Shown: positions 8,428 to 17,921 of the stretch, one piece after another
Layout: every line of letters begins with the position of its first letter
Numbering within the stretch: the stretch's first letter is position 1
Origin: a virus
IMG/VR virus record: IMGVR_UViG_3300028416_000485
Strand: one strand, 5' to 3'
Length of the DNA stretch: 64,000 bases
The notes under the pieces: model-generated
Seen by the model: only the letters and a program-made list of their open reading frames with translations
Told to the model about the DNA's origin: nothing
The model's database searches: none
Translations under genes and position numbers: made by a program

Positions 8428-8464
8428 TTGACAATAATAGTAAATATGTTATATTAACTGTATA
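8428..8464 (+). promoter_or_regulatory. Early sigma70-type promoter
   Basis: TTGACA(8428-8433)-16 bp-TATATT with TGn, followed by AACTGTATA. Confidence 0.65.
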
Positions 8465-8484
8465 ACACTTATAAGAGGTTAGAC

Positions 8485-9780
8485 ATGGCTACTAAAGATA
8501 CACAAACTAAACTTAAAAACTGGGAGCCGAATCCAGATATTACTCCAGAAGAACTGGAGGAAATGCGTGTAGAAGTTCTTGATCGTATTATTATTGCTCG
8601 AGTTGGACTATTATTGCGTCACCCATTTTTTGGTAATATGGCAACACGTTTACGTATTCAGGCAGCAGACGAATGGTTAGGTACTGCCGCAGTAGACGGT
8701 CGTAACCTATACTTTAATACACAGTTCTTTAATGCAATGAATAACAAAGAAATTGAATTTGTTATTGCACACGAAATACTTCACTGTGTGTTTGATCACT
8801 TGGGTCGACGTGATGATCGTAATCCAATGTTGTATAATATTGCAGCCGACTATATTGTTAATAATCTTCTAGTACGTGATCGTATTGGTACTATTCCAAG
8901 TATTGTAAGTTGTTATCAAGACTTCAAATACGAAGGTTGGATTAGTGAAGAAGTATATGACGATCTATTTGAAGAAGCCAAAAAGAATGGTGAAGATTAT
9001 CTTAAACAACTAGGCGAAATGTTAGATGAACATTTAGACTTAGAAGGCGAAGATGGTGAGGAAGGTGAAGCTGGTAAAGATGGAAAAGGCGGTAAAGGTC
9101 GTCCTAAGTACAGCAAAGCAGAAATGGATCAGATTCGAGACGAAGTAAAAGAAGCTATGATTAATGCGGCACAAACTGCTGGTGCAGGAAATACACCTGC
9201 AGGTGTTGCACGTATGATCAAAGAACTTACTGAGCCTAAGATGAACTGGCGTGAACTTATTCGTCAGCAAATCCAAAGTACTATTAAAAGTGATTTTACA
9301 TTTAGCCGTCCATCACGCAAAGGTTGGCATACGGGTGCTATATTGCCCGGTATGGACTTTCAAGATACAATCGATCTATGCATTTGTATTGATATGTCTG
9401 GTAGTATTGGTAACTCACAGGCAGCAGATTTCTTAGGTGAAATACAAGGCATTATGGAAGAGTTCAAAGACTATAAGATCAAACTATGGTGCTTTGATAC
9501 TAAAGTATATAATGAACAAGACTTTAGTGCAGATAATGGAGAAAATCTATGTGACTATGAAATACTTGGTGGCGGTGGCACTGATTTTATGGTTAACTGG
9601 ACATATATGAAAGAAAATGATATTCAGCCTAAGAAGTTTTTAATGTTCACAGACGGTTATGCATGGGATAGCTGGGGCGACGAAGACTATTGCGAGACAG
9701 TGTTTATTATTCATTCGCACCATGATAAAAACTTGCAAGCGCCGTTTGGTGTAACAGCACATTATGACGAGGCTGCATGA
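8485..9780 (+). CDS. HExxH metallopeptidase-like plus VWA domain protein (DUF2201-type), partner of the AAA+ ATPase
   Basis: TAAVDG, IAHEILH, NIAADY; MIDAS motifs IDMSGS, GGGGTDF, FTDGY. Confidence 0.88.
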   Translation: MATKDTQTKLKNWEPNPDITPEELEEMRVEVLDRIIIARVGLLLRHPFFGNMATRLRIQAADEWLGTAAVDGRNLYFNTQFFNAMNNKEIEFVIAHEILHCVFDHLGRRDDRNPMLYNIAADYIVNNLLVRDRIGTIPSIVSCYQDFKYEGWISEEVYDDLFEEAKKNGEDYLKQLGEMLDEHLDLEGEDGEEGEAGKDGKGGKGRPKYSKAEMDQIRDEVKEAMINAAQTAGAGNTPAGVARMIKELTEPKMNWRELIRQQIQSTIKSDFTFSRPSRKGWHTGAILPGMDFQDTIDLCICIDMSGSIGNSQAADFLGEIQGIMEEFKDYKIKLWCFDTKVYNEQDFSADNGENLCDYEILGGGGTDFMVNWTYMKENDIQPKKFLMFTDGYAWDSWGDEDYCETVFIIHSHHDKNLQAPFGVTAHYDEAA

Positions 9781-10055
9781 AACTAAAAGACCCTAATCCA
9801 CTCGATGTATTAAATATAAGGAGGGTAGATTTTTGCCCTCCTCATTTTGCTACAATAAGTATTCCACGTAGATATAACTTAGATCAAGCAATATGCGATT
9901 GGATTATTAGCAATCTAACTGGCAGATATTTTTTTGGTAACTCTGTACAGTTAGACGAACAAAAGAATCTTGTACATCAACATTATGTTGGATTTGAAAG
10001 CTCAAAAGAACTAAGTTTCTTTATGTTGGCTTGTCCACATTTGAAGTACAACTAA
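9777..10055 (+). CDS. Phage hypothetical protein
   Basis: ATGA overlap with the upstream gene; 92 aa. Confidence 0.6.
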   Translation: MKLKDPNPLDVLNIRRVDFCPPHFATISIPRRYNLDQAICDWIISNLTGRYFFGNSVQLDEQKNLVHQHYVGFESSKELSFFMLACPHLKYN

Positions 10056-10064
10056 AACAGTGGT

Positions 10065-10072
10065 TATAAATA
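10065..10072 (+). promoter_or_regulatory. T4 late promoter consensus
   Basis: Intergenic TATAAATA before an AAGGAG SD. Confidence 0.65.
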
Positions 10073-10092
10073 AATTATACAAGGAGTAAAAT

Positions 10093-10332
10093 ATGACCGA
10101 AAATACACAAGCAAATGAATTAAATATTCAAGATTTAGCATTAGCAAGAGCCGTTATTGAACTTGCAACAGAGCGTGGTACATTTAAAGCTAATGAAATG
10201 GCTAATGTAGGTGCGTTATATAATAAACTAGATGCTTTCTTGAAAGAAGTAGAAGCACAAGCTAAGGCAGCAAAAGAAGGTGCCGAAGCAGCAATGACTG
10301 AACCAACACAGGAGGGTGAAGATGGCGCTTAA
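10093..10332 (+). CDS. Phage hypothetical protein
   Basis: AAGGAG SD; ERGTFKANEM motif. Confidence 0.7.
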   Translation: MTENTQANELNIQDLALARAVIELATERGTFKANEMANVGALYNKLDAFLKEVEAQAKAAKEGAEAAMTEPTQEGEDGA

Positions 10333-10966
10333 ACACGTAGGCAGAGTAGCTGCCAATAGACGCAAAGTAATCGTAGCATACCGAGTTATACCAGGTGATC
10401 CTGATAACTGCTTGGTTGTACAGACAGAAAATCTTAGTGCAGACGAACATGACAGCTTAATTAGAGTTGTTGAATCAGCAGCTGGACAGGAAGCATATGA
10501 GTTTGCAGAAGCAATGGCTCGTGCATACTTGCCTGATGGTCGTAATATGTTGGCAGGATTTCAACAGACTGGAAAACTAAGAAAAGTTTTAACTAGCGAT
10601 ATCGAAATGACTCCAAATGGTAATACTAATATTTCACTTAGTGACTTGAATAGTACTATTGCAGAACAACAAGGTGTTACAGTAAACGATTTAGCACTAA
10701 AAGGTCCTGGCGGTAAAACAGCAGAACAGCCTGCAAATCAAACAGAAGAGACTGTAGATCCTGCTCAAATGTACAGTGCCGATGCTGTTGCTCCACAAGC
10801 TGACAGTGTACTTGACGATGCAGCACTTGCTGCACAATTTCGTTCACAAGCAGATGCTTTATACAAAGAAGCAAAAGCATTACGAGATCAAGCCGAAGAA
10901 CTAGTTCCAACTATTAAGAAGAAAGCAAAGGTATCAGCAAAGAAAACTGAGACCAGTGACGGATAA
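10322..10966 (+). CDS. Phage hypothetical protein
   Basis: GGAGG SD before ATG 10322; C-terminal coiled coil. Confidence 0.7.
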   Translation: MALKHVGRVAANRRKVIVAYRVIPGDPDNCLVVQTENLSADEHDSLIRVVESAAGQEAYEFAEAMARAYLPDGRNMLAGFQQTGKLRKVLTSDIEMTPNGNTNISLSDLNSTIAEQQGVTVNDLALKGPGGKTAEQPANQTEETVDPAQMYSADAVAPQADSVLDDAALAAQFRSQADALYKEAKALRDQAEELVPTIKKKAKVSAKKTETSDG

Positions 10967-11249
10967 AAGCAAAGACGAGTATTGGGAAGAAATACTAAAT
11001 GATATTGATATGGATTTTATTCCATTAGAATATATCAACACTGTTATTGTTGGATTTGTTGATGGTAAGGAATGGGAAATTGATATTAAAAAGACCAAAC
11101 AAAGTACTGACGATGTTGATTCTATACTAGAAGAGTTTTTTACAGAATATGATGATACAATTGATAAAGTTGACTTTAGATTAGATACTGAACGTCTAAA
11201 GAAAGACATTCAAAAAAGAACAACACGCTTTCTTAAAGTAAACAAGTAA
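10956..11249 (+). CDS. Acidic phage hypothetical protein
   Basis: 97-aa GTG-start ORF, coupled to the upstream gene. Confidence 0.6.
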   Translation: MTDKSKDEYWEEILNDIDMDFIPLEYINTVIVGFVDGKEWEIDIKKTKQSTDDVDSILEEFFTEYDDTIDKVDFRLDTERLKKDIQKRTTRFLKVNK

Positions 11250-11252
11250 ACA

Positions 11253-11299
11253 AAAGGCTATTGCAACTGTATTTTTAATACAAAGTTGCAGTAGCCTTT
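11253..11299. terminator. Long imperfect hairpin, probable terminator
   Basis: AAAGGCTATTGCAACT-GTATT-TTT-AATAC-AA-AGTTGCAGTAGCCTTT. Confidence 0.6.
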
Positions 11300-11329
11300 G
11301 CCTTTTAAAAATAGTTTCTGTGTAGATAT

Positions 11330-11337
11330 GATAAATA
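11330..11337 (+). promoter_or_regulatory. T4-like late promoter for tail genes
   Basis: GATAAATA upstream of an AGGAGA SD. Confidence 0.6.
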
Positions 11338-11367
11338 TATAAAACAGTACACCTAGGAGACTTTAAT

Positions 11368-13017
11368 ATGGCTTTAAAGCTAAGACGCGGAACAGAAGCA
11401 AACAGGACAAGTATTACGCCAGCTGAAGGCGAAATAATATATGTCACCGATACTAAAAAAATATACGTTGGCGATGGAACTACACCCGGTGGTGTATTAC
11501 AGGGCGGCAGCGGTGGTGGCGGCAGCTTAACAGGCATTACTGATAATGCTACAGCATCAGTTTTAACGCTTAGTGATGCAAATATCAGTATTGATGTTGA
11601 TTTAAGTATTACCGGACAAGAGATTGTCGGCGATGGCGATATTAATATATCTGGAGATGTTACAGCAAGCGGTGCAGGTACTGGCATAATAACCGCTAAT
11701 AGTTTTGTTGGTAATGTTACAGGTAATGTTACAGGTAATGCAGTAGGTGCGCACACAGGTACTTTTGATGGAGACATGACTGGTAGTGTGTTTTCTGACG
11801 ATTCGACTATAATAGTCGACGGCAATACTCGTACATTACACGGAAACTTACAAGATGTTAATAAGATAACTTATGATACTTCGTTAAATGTAAGTCACGG
11901 AACATCTGGATCAATAGGCACTACAAACTTTTCAAATACCGAAGAAGCTCAGTATTTAAAAATTAGAAGAACTGATGCAGGTACGGCAAGTGATCAAAAT
12001 ATTGGATTAATAGGTTTTGATCAAATAGACGATACTGGTACAAAAACATATGTATCATTTGCTGCATGGCATTCAGGATTGTATCTTGGTACATCATCAA
12101 GTGGATCGTACGCGGCAACTAACTATGTAGGATTTGCCGATGGTAATATGGCTATTGGTGATTATACTCCAGCAGCAGGTTTAAGACTTGATGTAAGAGG
12201 TAATGTAAAAGCAACAGGCTTTATACAAACAGGATCTTTTACAACAGCAGAACGTGACGCACTAACTGGTGCAAACGGTATGATGATCTACAATACAACA
12301 AATAGTAGATTCCAAATATATGAAGCTGGCAACTGGTTAAATATGCGTGAAGTATCTAGTGGTGGCGGTGGCGGAAGTACTGACAACTATTCACATTGGA
12401 ATGTCACAGCAGACGATAGTACATTAAGAGTTGTTAATGGTCAAGAAACTATTGGTATACTTGGTGGTACCGGTATTACGACAGCAAGTGATGCAGAAGG
12501 CAACATAACTATTACTGGTACAGTAGAAGATTTTACTGATTTAGGTGTAACACCAACTACACTAGCAGGTTACGGAATAACAGATGCTGCAACTAGTGCG
12601 CAAGGTGCATTAGCAGATAGTGCTGTACAGCCAGCAACATTAGGTAGCTTTACATTTACTGGTACTACATTAGACTCAAGTGATTCGAGTGGAGTTGTAG
12701 TAACACCAGCAGCTACATTTAGCAGTGATGTTACAGTTGAAAACGATTTAATTGTTACAAACAAAATTATTGCCGATACTATAGAAGTTGAAAACATCAT
12801 TACTAATGCTAGTGGAACACCAGAAATATCAAGTGACACTGACATTATACTTGCTGCCGGTACAAGGGTAGAAGTATCAAGTAGTCCGTTTAAACTAGCA
12901 AGTTTTACAACCACTGAACGTGATGCTTTGAGTGCCGAAAACGGTGATATGATTTACAATACTACACTAAACAAATTCCAGGGATATGAAAACGGTGCTT
13001 GGGCCAGCTTAATCTAA
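11368..13017 (+). CDS. Tail fibre / virion structural protein (Mtd N-terminal-like domain)
   Basis: LKLRRGT...PAEGE...YVGDGTTPGG N-terminus; G/T/S-rich; GNVTGNVTG repeats; PTTLAGYGITDA; two TTxERDAL..NG.MIYNTT modules. Confidence 0.8.
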   Translation: MALKLRRGTEANRTSITPAEGEIIYVTDTKKIYVGDGTTPGGVLQGGSGGGGSLTGITDNATASVLTLSDANISIDVDLSITGQEIVGDGDINISGDVTASGAGTGIITANSFVGNVTGNVTGNAVGAHTGTFDGDMTGSVFSDDSTIIVDGNTRTLHGNLQDVNKITYDTSLNVSHGTSGSIGTTNFSNTEEAQYLKIRRTDAGTASDQNIGLIGFDQIDDTGTKTYVSFAAWHSGLYLGTSSSGSYAATNYVGFADGNMAIGDYTPAAGLRLDVRGNVKATGFIQTGSFTTAERDALTGANGMMIYNTTNSRFQIYEAGNWLNMREVSSGGGGGSTDNYSHWNVTADDSTLRVVNGQETIGILGGTGITTASDAEGNITITGTVEDFTDLGVTPTTLAGYGITDAATSAQGALADSAVQPATLGSFTFTGTTLDSSDSSGVVVTPAATFSSDVTVENDLIVTNKIIADTIEVENIITNASGTPEISSDTDIILAAGTRVEVSSSPFKLASFTTTERDALSAENGDMIYNTTLNKFQGYENGAWASLI

Positions 13018-13028
13018 GGACTAAAAAT

Positions 13029-15452
13029 ATGAGTGAACAATATTATTCTCTAGGAACAAATACAGCAGAGCAATGGCAAGAACTACATGCAGAACTTATT
13101 GCAGACGGAAACACATACGCTAGTGTTCCAAGTAGAGAAGTTACTGTAGAAGACGAAAAAGAACATAGTGCTACTAGAGGAAGTTATCTACTTACTGATG
13201 CAGAAGCAACTGCACTAAAAGACGACCCTCGTGTAAAATTTATTAATATTGATTACTCGAAGTATCCTGAAACATATAAAGCACCTGCAGACGAACTTCA
13301 TGCAAGTGCTAGTCCAAAAAACTTTAATAGATACACAAATACAGTTAAAGTTTACAAAGAGATGGAAACTTCTAACACACTACCTGGTACACCCGGTGCA
13401 GCAGATATCAACAGAACCAACTGGGGGACATTAAGAGCTAGTACACTAGTTGATCCATGGATCGAGGGCGGTGACGCAGATAGCGTTGTAAAAACAAGTA
13501 AAATACCTCAGTGGGGTGATGGCAAGCATGTTGATGTTATTGTAGCAGATGATGGTGCTGGTTGGCTTGGACACCCTGAGTTTAATAGAGATACCGAAGG
13601 TGAGAAACCAAACGGATACACAGGTGGTAATCTACTACCTGGAAATGGTAGCTGTGATGTATTAGATTTATGTTTAGATGCACCATTATACTTAGATCCA
13701 GATTATTTTCTTCCTTTACCTGCATCTTACAGTAGATCAGTATTTGCTAGTCCTTCTGAAGGTGGTAGTTATACATTAAACACTGGACAAGATCGTACTG
13801 GAAGCGGTGGCGGTCCTGATTATCCTATAACTATTTACGTAGGCGATACTCTCAGAATAACCAACACAAGTCCAGAAGGTAATCATCCGTTATATATTAA
13901 AATTACACAAACTTCTGGTACAGGAGATCAAGCGCCAAATACTACCGGACAGGGTGCAGTAAACAACGGAACTGTTACTTTTTCACCAACCGAAGCAGGA
14001 ACATATTATTATCAATGTAGTACTCATGTAAATATGAGTGGAACTATTAATGTCCAAATGGGCGACAGAATTGAACAAAGATGGGACGGAACTACTGTAC
14101 CTATCGAAAGTTTTGCAAGAGGATGGTGGACTAATTCAAATAATAGAAGTAGTGTGTTTAGAGCAAAGTTTCCAAGTGCTGGCGTTGTATCGTTTATTAC
14201 AAGCAACTATACACGAGCATACTGCAACGGTACCAACACAACACAGAGCAGTGTAGGAGAGCACTGTACACCCTGTATGGCGCTTACATACGGTAGAACA
14301 CAAGGTTGGGCATACAACGCTAACAAATGGGTTTTAAACTTGTATGGCACATATGGCAGTGACATCGAGCCTGGTTTTGACATGCAAAAAATCTTTCATA
14401 ATGTAAAACCTATAAATCCTGCATATGGCACACAAGATCCAACTGTGAGTTCAAATAGTTGGGGATACAGAGCTGTTAAGTCACCAGGGGGCACTGAAGC
14501 TTCTACACTTTATCATCATTTTAGAGGTGGTGCTGCAACAGCATACACAACAGAAACTGGTATAAGTTGGCTAAGCCACATGGGAACACAAGGCGATGGT
14601 GGACGTTGGAAAGGCGAAATGAAAACTAATTCTATGACAACAGCATTAGACGAATTGATCGACAGCGGCGTTATATTTGTATGTGCTGCTGGTAATAGTA
14701 ATCAAAAACAAACCAACTGGGGGCATCCAGACTTTGATAACTATATCGCACAAAACAATACCGATACCTTAGAACAAAGTAGCTTTGAAGAGTTTGGTAT
14801 TGAAGTTACAGGTACTACCAATAGACGTGGATTTCCACAACAAGGTGGTAAAACTGTTGACGGAGTAACTGGCGAGGTCACATACAAAACGATCAACATC
14901 GGTGCACTAGACGATGATCATTCCACAGGAACTGCTAAAGAACGAAAAGTTGGATACAGTGACAGAGGCAACGGAATAGACTTGTATGCACCAGCAGATG
15001 GAATATTAGCAGCAAACCGTAGTTATGTTCCAGAAGGTGATTATCCTGCTACGTATGCTGGGTTTACTGGCAACAGTGGAAGTGGTGCTGGTGTTCCTGA
15101 AGATACAGGATTTAGTGGCACTAGTGCAGCATGTCCGTGTGCAGCAGGATTTATTTCTACATTGGTGCAGTTTAATAGAGACTGGACATATGCAGATATC
15201 AAGACATATCTTTCTAATATGCCAGGGCAAACCACTGCCAACTTCTATTACGGAACCGAATCAACAGGTTTAAATGATGCTAACTGGACTGATTATACTA
15301 GTATAGAAACTAGCGAAGCGCCAAAGGTTATATACCAAGATGCAACACAGTTTAAACAAACAGTGTTTCCAAAGCGTAAGAGTAGTATGAAGTCAGGCTT
15401 GCGCACTAGCGGTGTACAAATAAACTATATTCAAAAATGGGATAGAGGTTGA
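13029..15452 (+). CDS. Subtilisin-like (S8) serine protease with an inserted cupredoxin domain, probably virion-associated
   Basis: Asp VIVADDG, His GEHCT, oxyanion AAGN, Ser FSGTSAACP; insert HPLYI...GTYYYQCSTHVNMSGTINV. Confidence 0.8.
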   Translation: MSEQYYSLGTNTAEQWQELHAELIADGNTYASVPSREVTVEDEKEHSATRGSYLLTDAEATALKDDPRVKFINIDYSKYPETYKAPADELHASASPKNFNRYTNTVKVYKEMETSNTLPGTPGAADINRTNWGTLRASTLVDPWIEGGDADSVVKTSKIPQWGDGKHVDVIVADDGAGWLGHPEFNRDTEGEKPNGYTGGNLLPGNGSCDVLDLCLDAPLYLDPDYFLPLPASYSRSVFASPSEGGSYTLNTGQDRTGSGGGPDYPITIYVGDTLRITNTSPEGNHPLYIKITQTSGTGDQAPNTTGQGAVNNGTVTFSPTEAGTYYYQCSTHVNMSGTINVQMGDRIEQRWDGTTVPIESFARGWWTNSNNRSSVFRAKFPSAGVVSFITSNYTRAYCNGTNTTQSSVGEHCTPCMALTYGRTQGWAYNANKWVLNLYGTYGSDIEPGFDMQKIFHNVKPINPAYGTQDPTVSSNSWGYRAVKSPGGTEASTLYHHFRGGAATAYTTETGISWLSHMGTQGDGGRWKGEMKTNSMTTALDELIDSGVIFVCAAGNSNQKQTNWGHPDFDNYIAQNNTDTLEQSSFEEFGIEVTGTTNRRGFPQQGGKTVDGVTGEVTYKTINIGALDDDHSTGTAKERKVGYSDRGNGIDLYAPADGILAANRSYVPEGDYPATYAGFTGNSGSGAGVPEDTGFSGTSAACPCAAGFISTLVQFNRDWTYADIKTYLSNMPGQTTANFYYGTESTGLNDANWTDYTSIETSEAPKVIYQDATQFKQTVFPKRKSSMKSGLRTSGVQINYIQKWDRG

Positions 15453-15477
15453 CATTTTTTCTATATAATAATATAAT
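15449..15477 (+). promoter_or_regulatory. Consensus sigma70 promoter, probably leaderless
   Basis: TTGACA-17 bp-TATAAT, ATG 6 nt later, no SD. Confidence 0.8.
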
Positions 15478-15483
15478 AGTGTT

Positions 15484-16371
15484 ATGTTTGAATATACAAA
15501 AAATAATCATGTAGATTGTGGATTTACATGCGACAACGACTTTTATTTTAATCACGGAACTGTAAGTTCGTATGGATCGTGGAGAGATGAATGCAAATCT
15601 ACAGCACAGCAACTTTATGATTTACATGGTGACAAACTTGTTTTATTATTAAGTGGCGGGCTTGATAGTGAAGTAATGCTGCATAGTTTTATTTCATGTG
15701 GTATAACTCCTAGAGTAGCTATATTTAGATATGAGCGTAACCTTAACTTACACGATATAAACTATGCATTAAGATTATGTGCAGCCAGAGGTATTTCTCC
15801 TGATATTATTGATATCAATGTAGAAGACTTTTATAAAACACAGCTAATAGATTTTGCACAAGTCACACGTTGTAGTAGTCCTCAACTAAACTTATATTAT
15901 CACTGTGCCAATCGTTTGGATGGTATACCTGTATTTGGTGGTGGTGAAAACTACTTGATACGACAAATAGGAAAAAAGCCTGTATACGATTGCGAAGAAG
16001 CTAGAGTTACTACATTATATACATATTTCCGAGATATACAAAGAGAATGTATTCCTAGTTTTTTCCAATACACACCAGAAACTATGATAAGTTATTTACA
16101 AAAAGAAAGTGTATATCGTTGGGTAGAAACAGCTTTCAAAGATAGATATATAAACAGTAAAAAGATTAAACCAAGTATTATTGCTGAAGATTTTGATGTT
16201 GAGCCTAGAGGCAAACTTACCGGCTTTGAACTAATGATGGATTTAGATAAAGAATACAGAGACAAACTATTAGCATTAAACTTAGGTGATAACGGCGAGC
16301 AACTAATACCGTTTGAAGAATATATTCCAATGTTTGGTGTAGAGCTATTAAGACCTATAAAATATGAATAA
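15484..16371 (+). CDS. PP-loop (N-type ATP pyrophosphatase) family protein
   Basis: LLLSGGLDSE motif near the N-terminus; lacks the QueC C-terminal Cys cluster. Confidence 0.6.
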   Translation: MFEYTKNNHVDCGFTCDNDFYFNHGTVSSYGSWRDECKSTAQQLYDLHGDKLVLLLSGGLDSEVMLHSFISCGITPRVAIFRYERNLNLHDINYALRLCAARGISPDIIDINVEDFYKTQLIDFAQVTRCSSPQLNLYYHCANRLDGIPVFGGGENYLIRQIGKKPVYDCEEARVTTLYTYFRDIQRECIPSFFQYTPETMISYLQKESVYRWVETAFKDRYINSKKIKPSIIAEDFDVEPRGKLTGFELMMDLDKEYRDKLLALNLGDNGEQLIPFEEYIPMFGVELLRPIKYE

Positions 16372-16903
16372 ACACAATCTCATTGAATATTTAAATACAC
16401 ACGAAATAAGTTTGGGACTTAGTAGTGATACTAATGAGTTGCGCTTCATTAGTGATACAGTTGGTTATGGTAAGTTTGCTACTCGAGATATCAAAGAAGG
16501 AGATATCATTTATCGTGTAGGTGGTATGTGGTTAACTGAAAAAGAAAGATCTGCATACAAACAAGATTACTTTCATTTAGTAAACAGTGCATGGCACTTT
16601 CAAGGTGGATTGAAATACTGGCTCAATGGTTGCCACAATCATAGTTGCAACCCTACAGCATACGTTCAAGAAAACTTAATCATTGCATTGCGTGACATTA
16701 ATGTAGACGAACAGATAACTGTAGATTATGCCGGGTTTATTGATCACGATTATACTATCATTGATAAATGCTGCTGTGGTGCAGAACAATGTCGAAAACA
16801 TATAACTGGCAAGGATTGGTTAGTACACAACCTACCCGAAGTATACAACTATCGGGTTAGTGGTACTATTTTGACAAAGTGGCTACAAGATCAAAAAATC
16901 TAG
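16364..16903 (+). CDS. SET-domain protein-lysine methyltransferase with post-SET Cys motif
   Basis: GYGKFATRDIKEGD, NHSCNP, ALRDINVDEQITVDY, CCCGAEQCRKHI. Confidence 0.88.
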   Translation: MNKHNLIEYLNTHEISLGLSSDTNELRFISDTVGYGKFATRDIKEGDIIYRVGGMWLTEKERSAYKQDYFHLVNSAWHFQGGLKYWLNGCHNHSCNPTAYVQENLIIALRDINVDEQITVDYAGFIDHDYTIIDKCCCGAEQCRKHITGKDWLVHNLPEVYNYRVSGTILTKWLQDQKI

Positions 16904-17921
16904 TATAATCATTATGATCAGCAATAAACATAGGCAAAAATAATAGTGTGTTATTTGCTTGACGTATAAGATATCCTTGTTTTTGTAGTTCTCTACGTAT
17001 GTATATTCCGTTTTCAACATGAATACCAAACACTAATCCTTTGTTTGTATAATCTAAGTTATGCTCATTTAACTGTTTGCAAAATGCATTTTGCAAATCT
17101 ATCAATTGATATTTCATGTCTTCGACTTGTTTTATAGTTTGTAATAGTGCATAACTGCCTTGTGGATGGCCACTCATTGTATATCCATGCGAAAATACTC
17201 TATCTGTATTTTTAATATAACTTCCAATATCAGCGTTTACCATTGTAGCACTTAGAGGAAATATTCCATTGGTTAATCCTTTACTAGCAATAAGTATATC
17301 TGGCTTGTAATCAAAACTATAATCGCCTCGTCCTAATGCAGTAACAGTTTCATCAAATATAATACAAAAATCATACTGCTGCTTTAAATCAAATAGTTGC
17401 TGCAATGTTTGTTTATCAAACTCTATAACACCATTAGTAATCATTATAGGCTCTATAATAACTGCTGCTGTGTTGCTGTTTACAGCGTCTAACAGCGCCG
17501 TGTAGCTGTCATACACACTTGCTTGAGTGTTTGTACCATGATAGCCTACACTGTATGCTAAAATGTCTGTTTTACCTGTATAATATTTTGCAATGTATAT
17601 AGAAGTGTCTATAGCATCACTTCCGCTGTGTCCAAAAAACACTCTATCATAACCAAACCATTTACATATTTGTTCAGCAGCAAGTTCTGTTGATTCAGTG
17701 CTACTCCAAAAATGCGTTGGGTAATAATGCAGATCAGTTGTAGGAGTATACATTGGATTATTGTATCCAAAGTTTACATTCCATAATCCACTATTACAAT
17801 CGATATATGTCTTATCGTCAGCGTTTGTTACAGTATCATTTTTTCCCGAAACAAAAACTTCTGGATTTGTAAATCTACTATGGTTTGAATAAGAAAATAT
17901 TTGTCTAGACATTAAACTCAT
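16866..17921 (-). CDS. Class III PLP aminotransferase (omega-amine/putrescine type)
   Basis: DCNSGLWNVNFGY, SGSDAID, FDETVTALGRG, PDILIASKGL, HGYTMSGHP. Confidence 0.88.
   Translation of the reverse strand: MSLMSRQIFSYSNHSRFTNPEVFVSGKNDTVTNADDKTYIDCNSGLWNVNFGYNNPMYTPTTDLHYYPTHFWSSTESTELAAEQICKWFGYDRVFFGHSGSDAIDTSIYIAKYYTGKTDILAYSVGYHGTNTQASVYDSYTALLDAVNSNTAAVIIEPIMITNGVIEFDKQTLQQLFDLKQQYDFCIIFDETVTALGRGDYSFDYKPDILIASKGLTNGIFPLSATMVNADIGSYIKNTDRVFSHGYTMSGHPQGSYALLQTIKQVEDMKYQLIDLQNAFCKQLNEHNLDYTNKGLVFGIHVENGIYIRRELQKQGYLIRQANNTLLFLPMFIADHNDYTRFFDLVATLSK

Noticed and set aside
11710-11740. GGTAATGTTACA tandem repeat (also near 51970-52020) as a CRISPR or DGR repeat
   Set aside because: It is an in-frame GNVT coding repeat. 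No spacers are present, and no reverse transcriptase or template/variable repeat pair is seen despite the Mtd-like N-terminus.
11196-11825. 209-aa antisense ORF, and similar ones at 12570-12914, 51407-51778, 52271-52825 and 62151-63782
   Set aside because: These are shadows of Gly/Thr/Ser-rich tail genes, whose codon bias leaves few antisense stops.
15484-16371. Naming this gene queC or tilS
   Set aside because: Only the SGGLDS PP-loop is shared; the QueC Zn-binding Cys cluster and TilS motifs are missing.
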